Program-made: the position numbers and the translations under genes
The notes under the pieces: model-generated
Databases searched by the model: none
Seen by the model: the letters and a program-made list of their open reading frames with translations, nothing else
Told to the model about the DNA's origin: nothing
From: a plasmid
DNA length: 48,068 bases
Reading direction: 5' to 3' (one strand)
Sequence record: NZ_CP008945.1
In this document: in pieces, positions 8,747-17,663 of the stretch
Layout: every line of letters begins with the position of its first letter
Position numbering within the stretch: position 1 is the stretch's first letter

Positions 8747-9439
8747 TTAGGGGTTGCGCCAGTTCGGCGTGATCACGATCTTCGAAATACCCGCGCCGAG
8801 CGTGATCCGATTCAAACCAGGCTTAAAGGTTGGGAAGGTTTCGGTGAGCGCATCCGTCTGCACGCGACCTGATGCGTGAGCGACGAGACGCGCGCTGTCG
8901 AGCGTGACGGAACCTGCTGGCGAATTCACGTGATAGACGCGCGCATTGATCGTCAAAGACAACGCTCCGGTGCCGGTGATCGTGATGATTGGATCAGCTT
9001 CCAGTAGGCCGGGGTTCGTGATCGTCCCAGATGCAGTGAGCGTTACCGGATTCAATCCCCCGGTCAGGTAGGTGAAGGGTTGGCAGGTCAGGCGCGCGGT
9101 GAAGAACCCCCACCCCGATAGCTCCCGGCGCAGTTCGCTCACTTCGCAGTGCTTAACCTTGCGGTAAACACCAGGCTCGGCAGTGAACGCAATCGTGGAA
9201 GCGCCCGTCAGCTCGTGAGTAGCCTGCCGATACTGGTGGAGCCCGTCACGGACAGGAACGGCGAGCTCAAGCTCGATCTCGGTGTCTTCCCAGCCCGTGA
9301 AGCGCGTGAGGGTTCCTGCTCTGCCTTCGACCTCAATATCATCCACCGCACGGACGGCTGCGGGTATCGCAACCGGGGCAGCAAGGCGCAAACCCAACGA
9401 AGCAGAAGACACCTGGTTATTAAGGGTGAACCCATACAT
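8747..9439 (-). CDS. Distal tail protein (Dit-like).
   Basis: ~230 aa ORF immediately downstream of the tape measure gene. Identified by size and synteny. Confidence 0.55.
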   Translation of the reverse strand: MYGFTLNNQVSSASLGLRLAAPVAIPAAVRAVDDIEVEGRAGTLTRFTGWEDTEIELELAVPVRDGLHQYRQATHELTGASTIAFTAEPGVYRKVKHCEVSELRRELSGWGFFTARLTCQPFTYLTGGLNPVTLTASGTITNPGLLEADPIITITGTGALSLTINARVYHVNSPAGSVTLDSARLVAHASGRVQTDALTETFPTFKPGLNRITLGAGISKIVITPNWRNP

Positions 9440-11985
9440 TAATAGCCTCCTGCCATCACGGTCTGCCGCCGATCAAGGCGCGCGAGTTGTTTGTCGAGAG
9501 CAGGTGCGAGTTTGCCGACCAGCGTCCCATCCGAGAGCGTCACGCTAATGTCCAGCGAGGACAGGATGCGCTTTGCTGTGGCATCGACGATGCTCGCGAC
9601 ATCCACCCGCTCACTATCAGCACCGCCACTCGTATCGCGATTGATAGCTATGGGTTGTGGGGTCAGATCAACGGCCGGTACCTGCAGGTCTGCCACCGTC
9701 TCGATCGGCACAGCCAGCCCGTCCTCAAGGTTGGCGAAGGCGTTCATCGTGTCCCTAGCTAAACCAGTGGCAGCGGTGACAGCCTTGTTGCCGTCCGTGC
9801 GGATGGAGCCTGCGAGGCCTTCGACGAGCATTCGACCTGCCCAGGCCATCTTGCGTGACGGTGAGTGGATGCCAAAGAAGCCGGTGATGGAGTCCCAAAT
9901 CCCGCTTGCCCAGTTCGACACCGAATCACACAACCACCCGGCCAACGACTGGATACCGTTCCACAGGCCGTAGACGAGGTTCTTGCCCGCCTCCACCATC
10001 TGCCACACGCCCTGCCCAACGGCCGAGACGATGCCGGTGATGATTTGTGGGATTGCGGCGACGATCGTGGAAATAATCTGGGGCAACGCCCGCACCAACG
10101 CGGTCAAGAGTTGGATGCCTGCTTGGACGAGCTGCGGGATAGCCCCACCAATCGCCGACACAATAGCTCCGATAATCTGCGGGAGCGCTGCGACGATCGC
10201 TGTGATGATCTGAGGCAACGCCCCAATCAATGCGGTCAAAAGTTGGATTCCTGCTTCGATGATCTGCGGGATCGCCCCCACAAGGAACGTGACAATCCCG
10301 GTGATGATCTGTGGGAGGGCTTCGATGATGACGGGAATGGCAGCGATCAAGCCTTCGGCGAGTCCGGTGATGAGCTGCAACGCCGCATCCAACAAAAGCG
10401 GCAGGTTGTCTACCAGCCCCTGCACTAAAGCGGTGAGCGTCTCCACCGCCGCAGGAACCAGTTCTGGCAAGGCTTCACCGATACCTGAGACCAGCGTGGC
10501 GATGATCTGTATCGCCGCCTCAAGGAGCGCTGGCAGTGCTTCGATGATTGCCTCGACCAGCGCGATAATCAGCGTCACCGCCGTCTCGGCCACCTGTGGG
10601 AGCACTTCGATGATGCCTTCGAGCAGGACGGTGAGGATGGACATGCCGGTTTCAACCACCATCGGCAGCTGCTCAGCAATAAACCCGAGGGCTTCTTGCA
10701 ATACGCTACCGAGGGCGTCGATCAACGCTGGCGTGCCGCCTTCTTCAAAAGCTGTCGTGAGTTCGTCGATCCAGCCGTTCACCATGGGAAGGACTGACCC
10801 AGCCAACGCCTCGCTTAATCCGCCAGCCAGCAAGCCTTTGAGGTTTTCGATCCCGTCCTGCATTGTCGCGAGCTGACCAGAGAAGGTCTTGGATTGGGCG
10901 TCCATAGCCCCGTAGAAACGCCCGCCCTCGCTAGTGGCAGAAGCAAAGGCTTCCGCGACCATATCAGCCGAGATAGCGCCCTTGGCCATATCCTCCTTGA
11001 GCTCACCAATGCTTTTGCCGGTCTTACGCGAGATTTCCTCCAGGGGGTTGAATCCGGCGTTGATCATCTGCAGCAAATCCTGACCCGTAAGCTTGCCAGT
11101 CGAAGACATTTGCGCGAAGGCAAGCGTGAGCGACTCCATCTTCACCGCATCACCCTGGCTAATGTCGCCGATCTCGTGCAGGCGCTTTTTCGCATCCTCA
11201 AGGCTCATGCCAAAGCTCAGGAGGGTTTGCATGTTACCCGCAAGATCCTCCATACCAAACGGAGTCTTCGCCGCCTCAACCTTCAAATCATTCACAAGCT
11301 GCTGAGCCTTGGCTTGATCACCAAGCATCGTCGTGAAGCTTGTGGAGTATTGCTCCATACGCGCGTTGTACTCCACGCCCTCCTTCAAGGCTCCAGCCAT
11401 GCCGCGACCAATACTGGCGATCGCATGCCCGATACCCTTCACCCCGGCGATGATGGCTTCGGAGGCGAGGTTGGCTTTCAACACGTCGCCGAAAATGCGG
11501 GTCTTGCCGGAGGTGGTGTCCATCTCGTCCCCGAGATCGTCCACCGCACCCTCGAGCTTGCCCGCATCCTTCGCAGCCCCCTTCGCATCATCACCGGCAC
11601 CGTCCGCCTCGTTACCGAAATCAGAGAGGGCGTCGTTGTTGGCTTTGAGTTCGCCTTCGAGCCGGTTGAGCTCCGCGCCTGCGTTGTTGAGCTGGATCTG
11701 CCAATTCTTCGTCCGCGAATCATTCTCACCAAACGATGAGGCAGAGTTCTCCAGCGCGGCGCGCAGGGTCTCAATCTTCGACTTTTGAGCCTCGATCTCT
11801 TTGCCCAGCACCTGGTTACGGGCCGTGAGGGCTTCGGCGGACTTGTCATTCTTATCGAACGAGGAGGCGACCAGTTTCATCTCACTGCCGAGAACACGCA
11901 TCTCACGGTTAATATCCGAAATCGCGCGCTTGAACTCACGCTCACCCTCAAGCCCAATCTTCAAACCAAACGAACTGTCAGTCAT
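9439..11985 (-). CDS. Tail tape measure protein.
   Basis: 848 aa. N-terminal coiled coil. Long hydrophobic ALPQII.AIV..G.AIPQ repeats of ~33 aa. Lies between the chaperone and Dit. Confidence 0.85.
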   Translation of the reverse strand: MTDSSFGLKIGLEGEREFKRAISDINREMRVLGSEMKLVASSFDKNDKSAEALTARNQVLGKEIEAQKSKIETLRAALENSASSFGENDSRTKNWQIQLNNAGAELNRLEGELKANNDALSDFGNEADGAGDDAKGAAKDAGKLEGAVDDLGDEMDTTSGKTRIFGDVLKANLASEAIIAGVKGIGHAIASIGRGMAGALKEGVEYNARMEQYSTSFTTMLGDQAKAQQLVNDLKVEAAKTPFGMEDLAGNMQTLLSFGMSLEDAKKRLHEIGDISQGDAVKMESLTLAFAQMSSTGKLTGQDLLQMINAGFNPLEEISRKTGKSIGELKEDMAKGAISADMVAEAFASATSEGGRFYGAMDAQSKTFSGQLATMQDGIENLKGLLAGGLSEALAGSVLPMVNGWIDELTTAFEEGGTPALIDALGSVLQEALGFIAEQLPMVVETGMSILTVLLEGIIEVLPQVAETAVTLIIALVEAIIEALPALLEAAIQIIATLVSGIGEALPELVPAAVETLTALVQGLVDNLPLLLDAALQLITGLAEGLIAAIPVIIEALPQIITGIVTFLVGAIPQIIEAGIQLLTALIGALPQIITAIVAALPQIIGAIVSAIGGAIPQLVQAGIQLLTALVRALPQIISTIVAAIPQIITGIVSAVGQGVWQMVEAGKNLVYGLWNGIQSLAGWLCDSVSNWASGIWDSITGFFGIHSPSRKMAWAGRMLVEGLAGSIRTDGNKAVTAATGLARDTMNAFANLEDGLAVPIETVADLQVPAVDLTPQPIAINRDTSGGADSERVDVASIVDATAKRILSSLDISVTLSDGTLVGKLAPALDKQLARLDRRQTVMAGGY
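10020..10770 (-). repeat. Tandem ~99-bp coding repeats inside the tape measure gene.
   Basis: Repeated GATGATCTG(C/T)GGGA...CAA(A/G)AGTTGGAT units. Confidence 0.55.
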
Positions 11986-12044
11986 AGGTCTGTATTCCTT
12001 CGCGCTGCTGGGGCTTAAAATTGGCTAGAGGATGAGGAGGAATC

Positions 12045-12245
12045 GTGTGGGCCAATGTTGTAACTAATCGCCGGTGGGTATGGCCGTTGTTTGCTTTACT
12101 CGTCATCGGTACGGTAGTTTTCGCTGTTTTGTGGATGAGCGGTGTCGTGCATCCCGTCACGGGCATCGCTAATGCAGCAGGTTTCGCAATATGTGCGATC
12201 GGGCTTGCAGCGTGGCACCTTGCCACTCGTGGTTTGCAGCGATGA
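12045..12245 (+). CDS. Small two-transmembrane membrane protein (66 aa). Opposite-strand moron.
   Basis: Hydrophobic helices. Stop overlaps the ATG of the downstream hydrolase (ATGA). Confidence 0.45.
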   Translation: MWANVVTNRRWVWPLFALLVIGTVVFAVLWMSGVVHPVTGIANAAGFAICAIGLAAWHLATRGLQR

Positions 12246-12859
12246 GCACTCCGGTACTTTTCCTCCACGGACTCGGCGAGACCCCGCAAGCCTGGAATGG
12301 CGTCATCAACGAGTTCGAGAGCATTGACGCGCTCACGCCCACTGTTTTCGATCAGCCATCAGGAACGCCATGGTCGTTACATGAGCGCACGGACGAACTC
12401 GCCGCATCACTGAATGATCCAGTCGACGTGGTTGGGCTATCTCTTGGCGCGGTGATGGGTCTTGATCTGGCTATACGGCACCCGCACATGGTTCGGTCGC
12501 TGTTTCTTTCAGCTCCCCAAGCACGCCCGCCTAAAGCATTGATGCGCATTCAAAGCGTTCTCATGCGAGTCTTGCCTGAGCGTCTCGTGTGCCCACCACA
12601 GATTTCCAAGCAACAGTTGCTGGAAATCCTGCGGCAAATATCAGCCATTGATTTCGAGCCAGAGCTTGGAAATATCACGGTTCCAACAACGATTGCGTGC
12701 GGCGTGAAAGACCGCGCGAATCTTCCTGCCGCCCGCACCATCAGCCAACAGATCCCACCAGCCCGCCTCATCGTTGTGCCAGACGCGGGTCATCAATGGC
12801 ATCAATCAATGCCCACACAATTCGCTCACGAGCTAAAAACCCACCGGGACAACATCTAA
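12242..12859 (+). CDS. Alpha/beta-hydrolase fold esterase or lipase-like protein.
   Basis: HGLGE oxyanion region. GLSLG nucleophile-elbow (GxSxG). C-terminal DAGHQ His motif. Start at the second ATG, 12242. Confidence 0.7.
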   Translation: MSTPVLFLHGLGETPQAWNGVINEFESIDALTPTVFDQPSGTPWSLHERTDELAASLNDPVDVVGLSLGAVMGLDLAIRHPHMVRSLFLSAPQARPPKALMRIQSVLMRVLPERLVCPPQISKQQLLEILRQISAIDFEPELGNITVPTTIACGVKDRANLPAARTISQQIPPARLIVVPDAGHQWHQSMPTQFAHELKTHRDNI

Positions 12860-13077
12860 ATCCCGGCAGGAATCACGTCGTCGATGAACCATTGACGTAG
12901 CGGTTGGGCTCTGCCGGTTTCGAGTCGCCAGCAGTCGACCAGATCCAACAGCTCACCAAACACGGTTAAGCCCACCTCCACCCGCGATAGGTGAAGGTGA
13001 GCCATGCCGATATACGTCAGCCGCATGAACACAGCCTGATCGTTGTCGACTACGCGTCCGCTGCTGGTGCTTTTGGG
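12856..13077 (-). other. -1 frameshift extension (gpT-like) of the tail assembly chaperone. Slippery site CCCAAAA at ~13071..13077. The ~73-codon -1 frame is open to a TAG at 12856.
   Basis: Hand translation of the -1 frame shows no stops. This is the canonical G/GT arrangement. Confidence 0.5.
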
Positions 13078-13466
13078 GCTGGCTCGGTCAGGATGTCTCG
13101 GCGTGTGCCTCGTTGGAGGGCTTCGGCGATCGCGCCACGATAATCCGCCAGATCAGCAGGCACAGTGAGTAGTTCAACCTCGTCCTCGGTCAACTCTGGG
13201 CGCTTGTCGTCTGGGTGGCGCAGGTTGTGGATCTGGATGGACTGGTTGACCAGCAGCGTGATTAGCCAAATCACCTCACCGAGCATCTTGCCCAGATCGT
13301 CGGAGATTTCCAGGGCGTTACCCAGATGTTCGAGCCCGCCGTAACGCTCAGCGATCAGCCGCGTGGCTTTCGTCGTCAAGACAAGCTCGCAGTCGGTACC
13401 GCCGATGCTGACAGTGGCGGAGCGCCCTGGGTCAACAGCTGATTCAGTCTTCTTCTTGGTTGTCAT
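13050..13466 (-). CDS. Tail assembly chaperone (gpG-like).
   Basis: 138 aa, acidic. Sits between the major tail protein and the tape measure gene. The slippery heptamer CCCAAAA lies at its 3' end. Confidence 0.6.
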   Translation of the reverse strand: MTTKKKTESAVDPGRSATVSIGGTDCELVLTTKATRLIAERYGGLEHLGNALEISDDLGKMLGEVIWLITLLVNQSIQIHNLRHPDDKRPELTEDEVELLTVPADLADYRGAIAEALQRGTRRDILTEPAPKAPAADA

Positions 13467-13478
13467 GGCTCATGCTCC

Positions 13479-14075
13479 TTAGGCTTCAGATGTGGTGCTG
13501 GCGGGTTCATAAACTTGCGCATACCAATTAGTGATCGTCTCGGGCTTGACGCCGGTGCCGCCCTCTAGCACTTCGGCCTTCCACGGATGCCGCCCCTTAC
13601 TATCGGGTTTGTTACGCCGCAAAATCGTGCCCTCAATCGAGGGCGTCGAGAACGTAATCGAGTCGGCCTTTGTGGCCAACGTTTCTGTTGGGAGGGCGAA
13701 CTTGACCCGGTACAGCCAGAAATACTGATACTTCCCGTTGGAGCGTGCGGCTCGGAAGCCGATCGCCACGGGAGCCCCGCCGTCCTCGGAGGTGGAGATG
13801 AGTACGCCGTTCGCGTCCACGCTCGCGCCAGTGAGGGCTGCGGCTGCTTCACCACCCAGGTCGTCGATACCCAAAGTGAGGGTTCCGGATTTGAATTCCT
13901 TGACGATCTCGGACGGGCCGTCGTCGGCGTACAGGATCGCTTCAGCGACCTCGACGGAGAGTTCGGCGGAGATGGCTTTCGCGAGGGGTTTGGGCTTGGC
14001 GTAGGTTTCCTCACCCGTGTCGGGGTTTTCGGTGATCGTGGCGTAGTAGAGCTTGTCTAAACCAATCGTTGCCAT
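13479..14075 (-). CDS. Major tail protein.
   Basis: 198 aa, immediately upstream of the chaperone. Resembles phage major tail proteins of the TP901-1/phi13 class. Confidence 0.75.
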   Translation of the reverse strand: MATIGLDKLYYATITENPDTGEETYAKPKPLAKAISAELSVEVAEAILYADDGPSEIVKEFKSGTLTLGIDDLGGEAAAALTGASVDANGVLISTSEDGGAPVAIGFRAARSNGKYQYFWLYRVKFALPTETLATKADSITFSTPSIEGTILRRNKPDSKGRHPWKAEVLEGGTGVKPETITNWYAQVYEPASTTSEA

Positions 14076-14087
14076 AAGAAATTCTCC

Positions 14088-14432
14088 TTATCTGTAGGTG
14101 TGGTGGGTTGCGATGTTTATCGCGTAATGGTGGAATCCTGTATCCGCTTCGAAGCCGACATAGGTACGGCCAGTGATCGTCAGTCCAGTGTCGAGTAGGG
14201 CGCGGGTAATGCGGTTACGCAGGTCGAGATAGTTTCCTCGAGTGAAGAGTGCGAGGCGGACTTCCTCAACCTCAACGCTGGGTTGGTTATCTGCGAACAC
14301 GTCCAACACATCAGCCAGTGGGGTTGCCACCAGATACGTCTGCGGCGCGGGCGTAGCCGTATACAGGCCAACTTCGAACGGCAGGCCGAGCTTGTCAGCA
14401 ATCTGCGTGAGTTGTTCCAATAATGTGGTCAT
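14088..14432 (-). CDS. Tail terminator or tail completion protein (assigned by position).
   Basis: Synteny with the HK97-like connector region. Confidence 0.45.
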   Translation of the reverse strand: MTTLLEQLTQIADKLGLPFEVGLYTATPAPQTYLVATPLADVLDVFADNQPSVEVEEVRLALFTRGNYLDLRNRITRALLDTGLTITGRTYVGFEADTGFHHYAINIATHHTYR

Positions 14433-14866
14433 GGCCCCACCTGCTCAATGCGCGCTGTGAGCGCTGTTTTCATGGCCTTGATCGCACCACGCCGTGTTTG
14501 CGACCGTGTGGGTGCAAGGAACGGGCGTGCAGGCTGATTAGACCGTCCGTGTTCGAGGACGTTCGCAATCAACGCATTCGCTCGACCATCCCGGCGGTTC
14601 TCCGCGAAGCCGACCTTAACGTTGTGATCGCCTCGGCTGTTGACTTTCACCGAGGTCGTGCCCAAAGCGCTGAGTAGTTGCCCTGTTGACCGCGAGGGCT
14701 GATTGGTGGCACGTCCGATCGCGCCGGTGAGGTTGGCTTGCATGCACGGCTCAACCACGGCGGCTCCCGCCTCGAGCACTTCATCCGCCGATGTTTCTAG
14801 CACACGGCTGGCAGCATCAAGGGAATCAATGAACGCGTTGGGAAGGCGAATCTGAACTCTAGCCAT
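14429..14866 (-). CDS. HK97 gp10-family head-tail joining protein.
   Basis: Size, position and N-terminal MARV... pattern typical of the family. Confidence 0.5.
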   Translation of the reverse strand: MARVQIRLPNAFIDSLDAASRVLETSADEVLEAGAAVVEPCMQANLTGAIGRATNQPSRSTGQLLSALGTTSVKVNSRGDHNVKVGFAENRRDGRANALIANVLEHGRSNQPARPFLAPTRSQTRRGAIKAMKTALTARIEQVGP

Positions 14867-15197
14867 GGGCGTTTCCTTCGGGCGTGGTCTGGTGAGCGAG
14901 GATTTCCACGTAACGGCCGATCACTTCAACGGCGTCGATCACGTACCGCCCGTCTGGGCCGCTGATCTCCATATCAGTGGTCACGGATAGTCCGGGGATG
15001 GTGCGGATGCGGAAGAGGACGTCGGCTTTCGTATAGGCGGCGCGGTTCACCCACGCCCCGCTCGCGTGCCGAACCTCGATCTGCGCCCGCGCCGTTGCCT
15101 TCACTTCATCGCGTGTGGTGGTGAACCCCGCCTTATCCCGAACAACCGTCGGCTGGATGAGATCGATCGAGGTGCGCATGGATCCCAAAGAAGCCAT
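14859..15197 (-). CDS. Head closure or head-tail adaptor protein.
   Basis: Synteny. Confidence 0.5.
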   Translation of the reverse strand: MASLGSMRTSIDLIQPTVVRDKAGFTTTRDEVKATARAQIEVRHASGAWVNRAAYTKADVLFRIRTIPGLSVTTDMEISGPDGRYVIDAVEVIGRYVEILAHQTTPEGNAHG

Positions 15198-15201
15198 TGG
15201 T

Positions 15202-15528
15202 CTACACCTTCCAATCCCGGTCCAGGCGCAGCAGATTGTTCACCGCGCTCCATACCGCCCGCGCAGCATCTGGCTTATCTGCCCAGAAGCCTGCCGTGGA
15301 ACCATCACGAGACTCATAGAAATGGCTGGCGAGCATGACAATGCCTTGCCGGGTTGCTCCACTCATCTCGTGTGTTTCGTAGTGGTTTTCGGGCAGGTGC
15401 TGATAGGAGCAGGCGTAGGAGGTGGCCGCGTTGATCAGCGCGCCGATCAATTGATCGTCATCGTCAAAGGTGATGAGCAGATTCGCCTTCACCTGCGCAA
15501 CCAAATCAACCGTGGTCATTGCGGCCAC
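15202..15528 (-). CDS. Head-tail connector (gp6-like DNA packaging protein).
   Basis: Synteny: immediately downstream of the major capsid gene. Confidence 0.5.
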   Translation of the reverse strand: MAAMTTVDLVAQVKANLLITFDDDDQLIGALINAATSYACSYQHLPENHYETHEMSGATRQGIVMLASHFYESRDGSTAGFWADKPDAARAVWSAVNNLLRLDRDWKV

Positions 15529-15549
15529 CTCCTTCCACTGTCGCCGGGG

Positions 15550-16779
15550 TTATGCGGTGGTCTTTTGGGTGAGCAGCTTGACCGCTTCGGGTAGGACGAG
15601 CTTCCCGTCCAGACGCTGAGAAGCAAGGAACCCAACCTGACCGGTGGTGGCGAACAATTCGTTGAGTCGCTTAAAGGAGCGGCCCTGCCGGTCGGCGATC
15701 CAGTAATACGACAAGTCACCGAAAGCAACCGTCGACGCACCAGCCTTGATCTCCGGCACAAACGTGCTCGTGTGGACGGGGCGGCCAAGAACCAGATCCG
15801 GCGTTCCAGCAGTCAACGCTGGCTGCCACAAGTACTGGCCGTTACCATCCTTGAGCTTCCGGATGGTTTTCACAGTGGAATCGTTCATCAGCCACACCGC
15901 GTTCTTGCGGTACGGGCCACGCAGGGAATAGTGCAGGTCGATGAGCTCATCAGCGGTAATATCCGTGGCCTTACCCGCGGTCACCGCCTTCTCGCCACCG
16001 CCAGAGGCTGCGAAGATGCCGGTGGGCTTGCTCTTGCCATCCCCTGTGAGGAAGGCTTCTTCTTCAGCCGCTCCGATACGGCGAGCAAACTCAGCTGCTA
16101 GGTACTGCTCGACATTAAACGCGCTGTCATTGAGCAGCTCTTCGCTGATCTTGAGGAAGGTGCCGAGCTTAAACGCACTCAATGTGACCTGCGTGAAGGC
16201 TTCATCGGATTCGGTATACGGCTTGCCTTCATCGAGCCAGCCAGCAGTGCCATGGGTAGAGACGACTGGGATCTTCCGATCCCCGCTGGTGGTTTGAATG
16301 ACCTTGGCCAGGCCGCGCATGATGTTCTGATCCGCCAGTGCCGCCACGAGGGTGTGTTCGAACTCGTCCGGGACGAGGTATCCGCCCTCAGTATCGACGC
16401 CTTCGGAGAGTGCGTTGCGTACTTCCATCGGAGAAGCGTTGAGCCGCATGGCATCCCAGAAGGCTCGCTTATAGGAGGCTGAGGCGCGTGGGGTCGTCGG
16501 CTTGACATCGTCATTGTCGGGGTCGATGCCTGGCATTGAGGTGAGCGGTGTGTTGGTGGCCTTAGCCAGGTCGGCATCCCGGCGCAGGGCACGTTCAGAG
16601 CGGGCGATCTCATTGGAGAGTCGATCGATTTCGGCCTCCATCTTCGCGTAAGCCTGATCATCTTCAGCAGACAGGCAGCCAGATGTAGCATCGCGGCGTT
16701 CATCGAGGAATGCCTTCGCGCGCTCCCATACGTCGGCGCGCTTGGTGCGAAGGTCAGAAACAGTCATTGGGGTTGTCAT
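15550..16779 (-). CDS. Major capsid protein, HK97 family, with an N-terminal coiled-coil delta/scaffold domain.
   Basis: 409 aa. The N-terminal ~100 aa are coiled coil. HK97-fold signature segments. Confidence 0.85.
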   Translation of the reverse strand: MTTPMTVSDLRTKRADVWERAKAFLDERRDATSGCLSAEDDQAYAKMEAEIDRLSNEIARSERALRRDADLAKATNTPLTSMPGIDPDNDDVKPTTPRASASYKRAFWDAMRLNASPMEVRNALSEGVDTEGGYLVPDEFEHTLVAALADQNIMRGLAKVIQTTSGDRKIPVVSTHGTAGWLDEGKPYTESDEAFTQVTLSAFKLGTFLKISEELLNDSAFNVEQYLAAEFARRIGAAEEEAFLTGDGKSKPTGIFAASGGGEKAVTAGKATDITADELIDLHYSLRGPYRKNAVWLMNDSTVKTIRKLKDGNGQYLWQPALTAGTPDLVLGRPVHTSTFVPEIKAGASTVAFGDLSYYWIADRQGRSFKRLNELFATTGQVGFLASQRLDGKLVLPEAVKLLTQKTTA

Positions 16780-16793
16780 CGGTGGGGTTCCTT

Positions 16794-17663
16794 TCAGTGG
16801 GGTTGGTTCGCTAATTCGGCGTACAAATCGAGAACCCGCCGACCAGCAGGCACGGCGGGAGTAACGGTTGGGCGTGGTGGACGCACCGGCTTCGGCGGTG
16901 ATGTGGCGGTCAGATGTGCGACGAGTTTTTGTTCGGCTGCTCGGCGGGAAAACACCGTGCCAAGTCCTGCGTTCTTGGGTGGGAACACCTGCCGCTTCGG
17001 ATCTTCATCCTCGTCGTCTTCGTCGGGTTCATCTGGTGACTCGACCTCGTCCTCATCGTCATCGTCAGACTCGTCTGGCTTGTCGTTGAAGGCGGGGTTG
17101 CGTTCACCTGTCAGGAGTTCGTCGGCGAAACCCATGTCGATCGCGGCACGAGCGTCCATCCAGGTTTCGGCATCCATGAGCTTGGACAGCTTCGCCCGGG
17201 ACAGTCCAGTTTTTAGCTGGTAGACGTTGATAATCGAGTCTTTGACAGATTCAAGCATGCTCATCGCACGTGCGAGTTCGTCCTTATCGCCAACCGCCAT
17301 CGTCGCCGGGTTGTGGATCATCAACATCGACACCGGCGACATGGCAACGGTGGATGCGGCCATGGCGATCACGGACGCGGCCGATGCGGCGATGCCGTCG
17401 ATATTGACGGTCACCTCGCCTGGGTAGTCGATGAGCATGTTGTAGATCTGCGCCGCAGCCACCACGTCCCCTCCGGGACTGTTGAGCCAGATCGTCACCG
17501 GCCCGCTACCCGCGTTGAGTTCGGCTGCGAAGATGGCGGGGGTGATGTCGTCATCGAACCAGGACTCTTCAGCGATCGTGCCGCTGATACGCAAAACCCG
17601 GACTGCATCTGCGTCCGGGTCAGTTGATGGCTCGGGTGTGAGCCAGTTCCAAAAACGTCTCAT
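16794..17663 (-). CDS. Prohead (head maturation) protease, ClpP-like, with an acidic C-terminal extension.
   Basis: ClpP/S14 motifs (NSPGGDV...SAAS). Sits between portal and capsid genes. Poly-Asp/Glu tail. Confidence 0.8.
   Translation of the reverse strand: MRRFWNWLTPEPSTDPDADAVRVLRISGTIAEESWFDDDITPAIFAAELNAGSGPVTIWLNSPGGDVVAAAQIYNMLIDYPGEVTVNIDGIAASAASVIAMAASTVAMSPVSMLMIHNPATMAVGDKDELARAMSMLESVKDSIINVYQLKTGLSRAKLSKLMDAETWMDARAAIDMGFADELLTGERNPAFNDKPDESDDDDEDEVESPDEPDEDDEDEDPKRQVFPPKNAGLGTVFSRRAAEQKLVAHLTATSPPKPVRPPRPTVTPAVPAGRRVLDLYAELANQPH

Noticed and set aside
10894-11739. 281-aa plus-strand ORF antisense to the tape measure gene, and the 205-aa ORF at 10259..10876.
   Set aside because: Same antisense artefact: low-complexity S/A/P-rich translation with no start signals.
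9439-11985. Repeat arrays in the tape measure and tail fibre genes as possible CRISPR or satellite repeats.
   Set aside because: The repeats are in-frame coding repeats without unique spacers. No CRISPR architecture is present.
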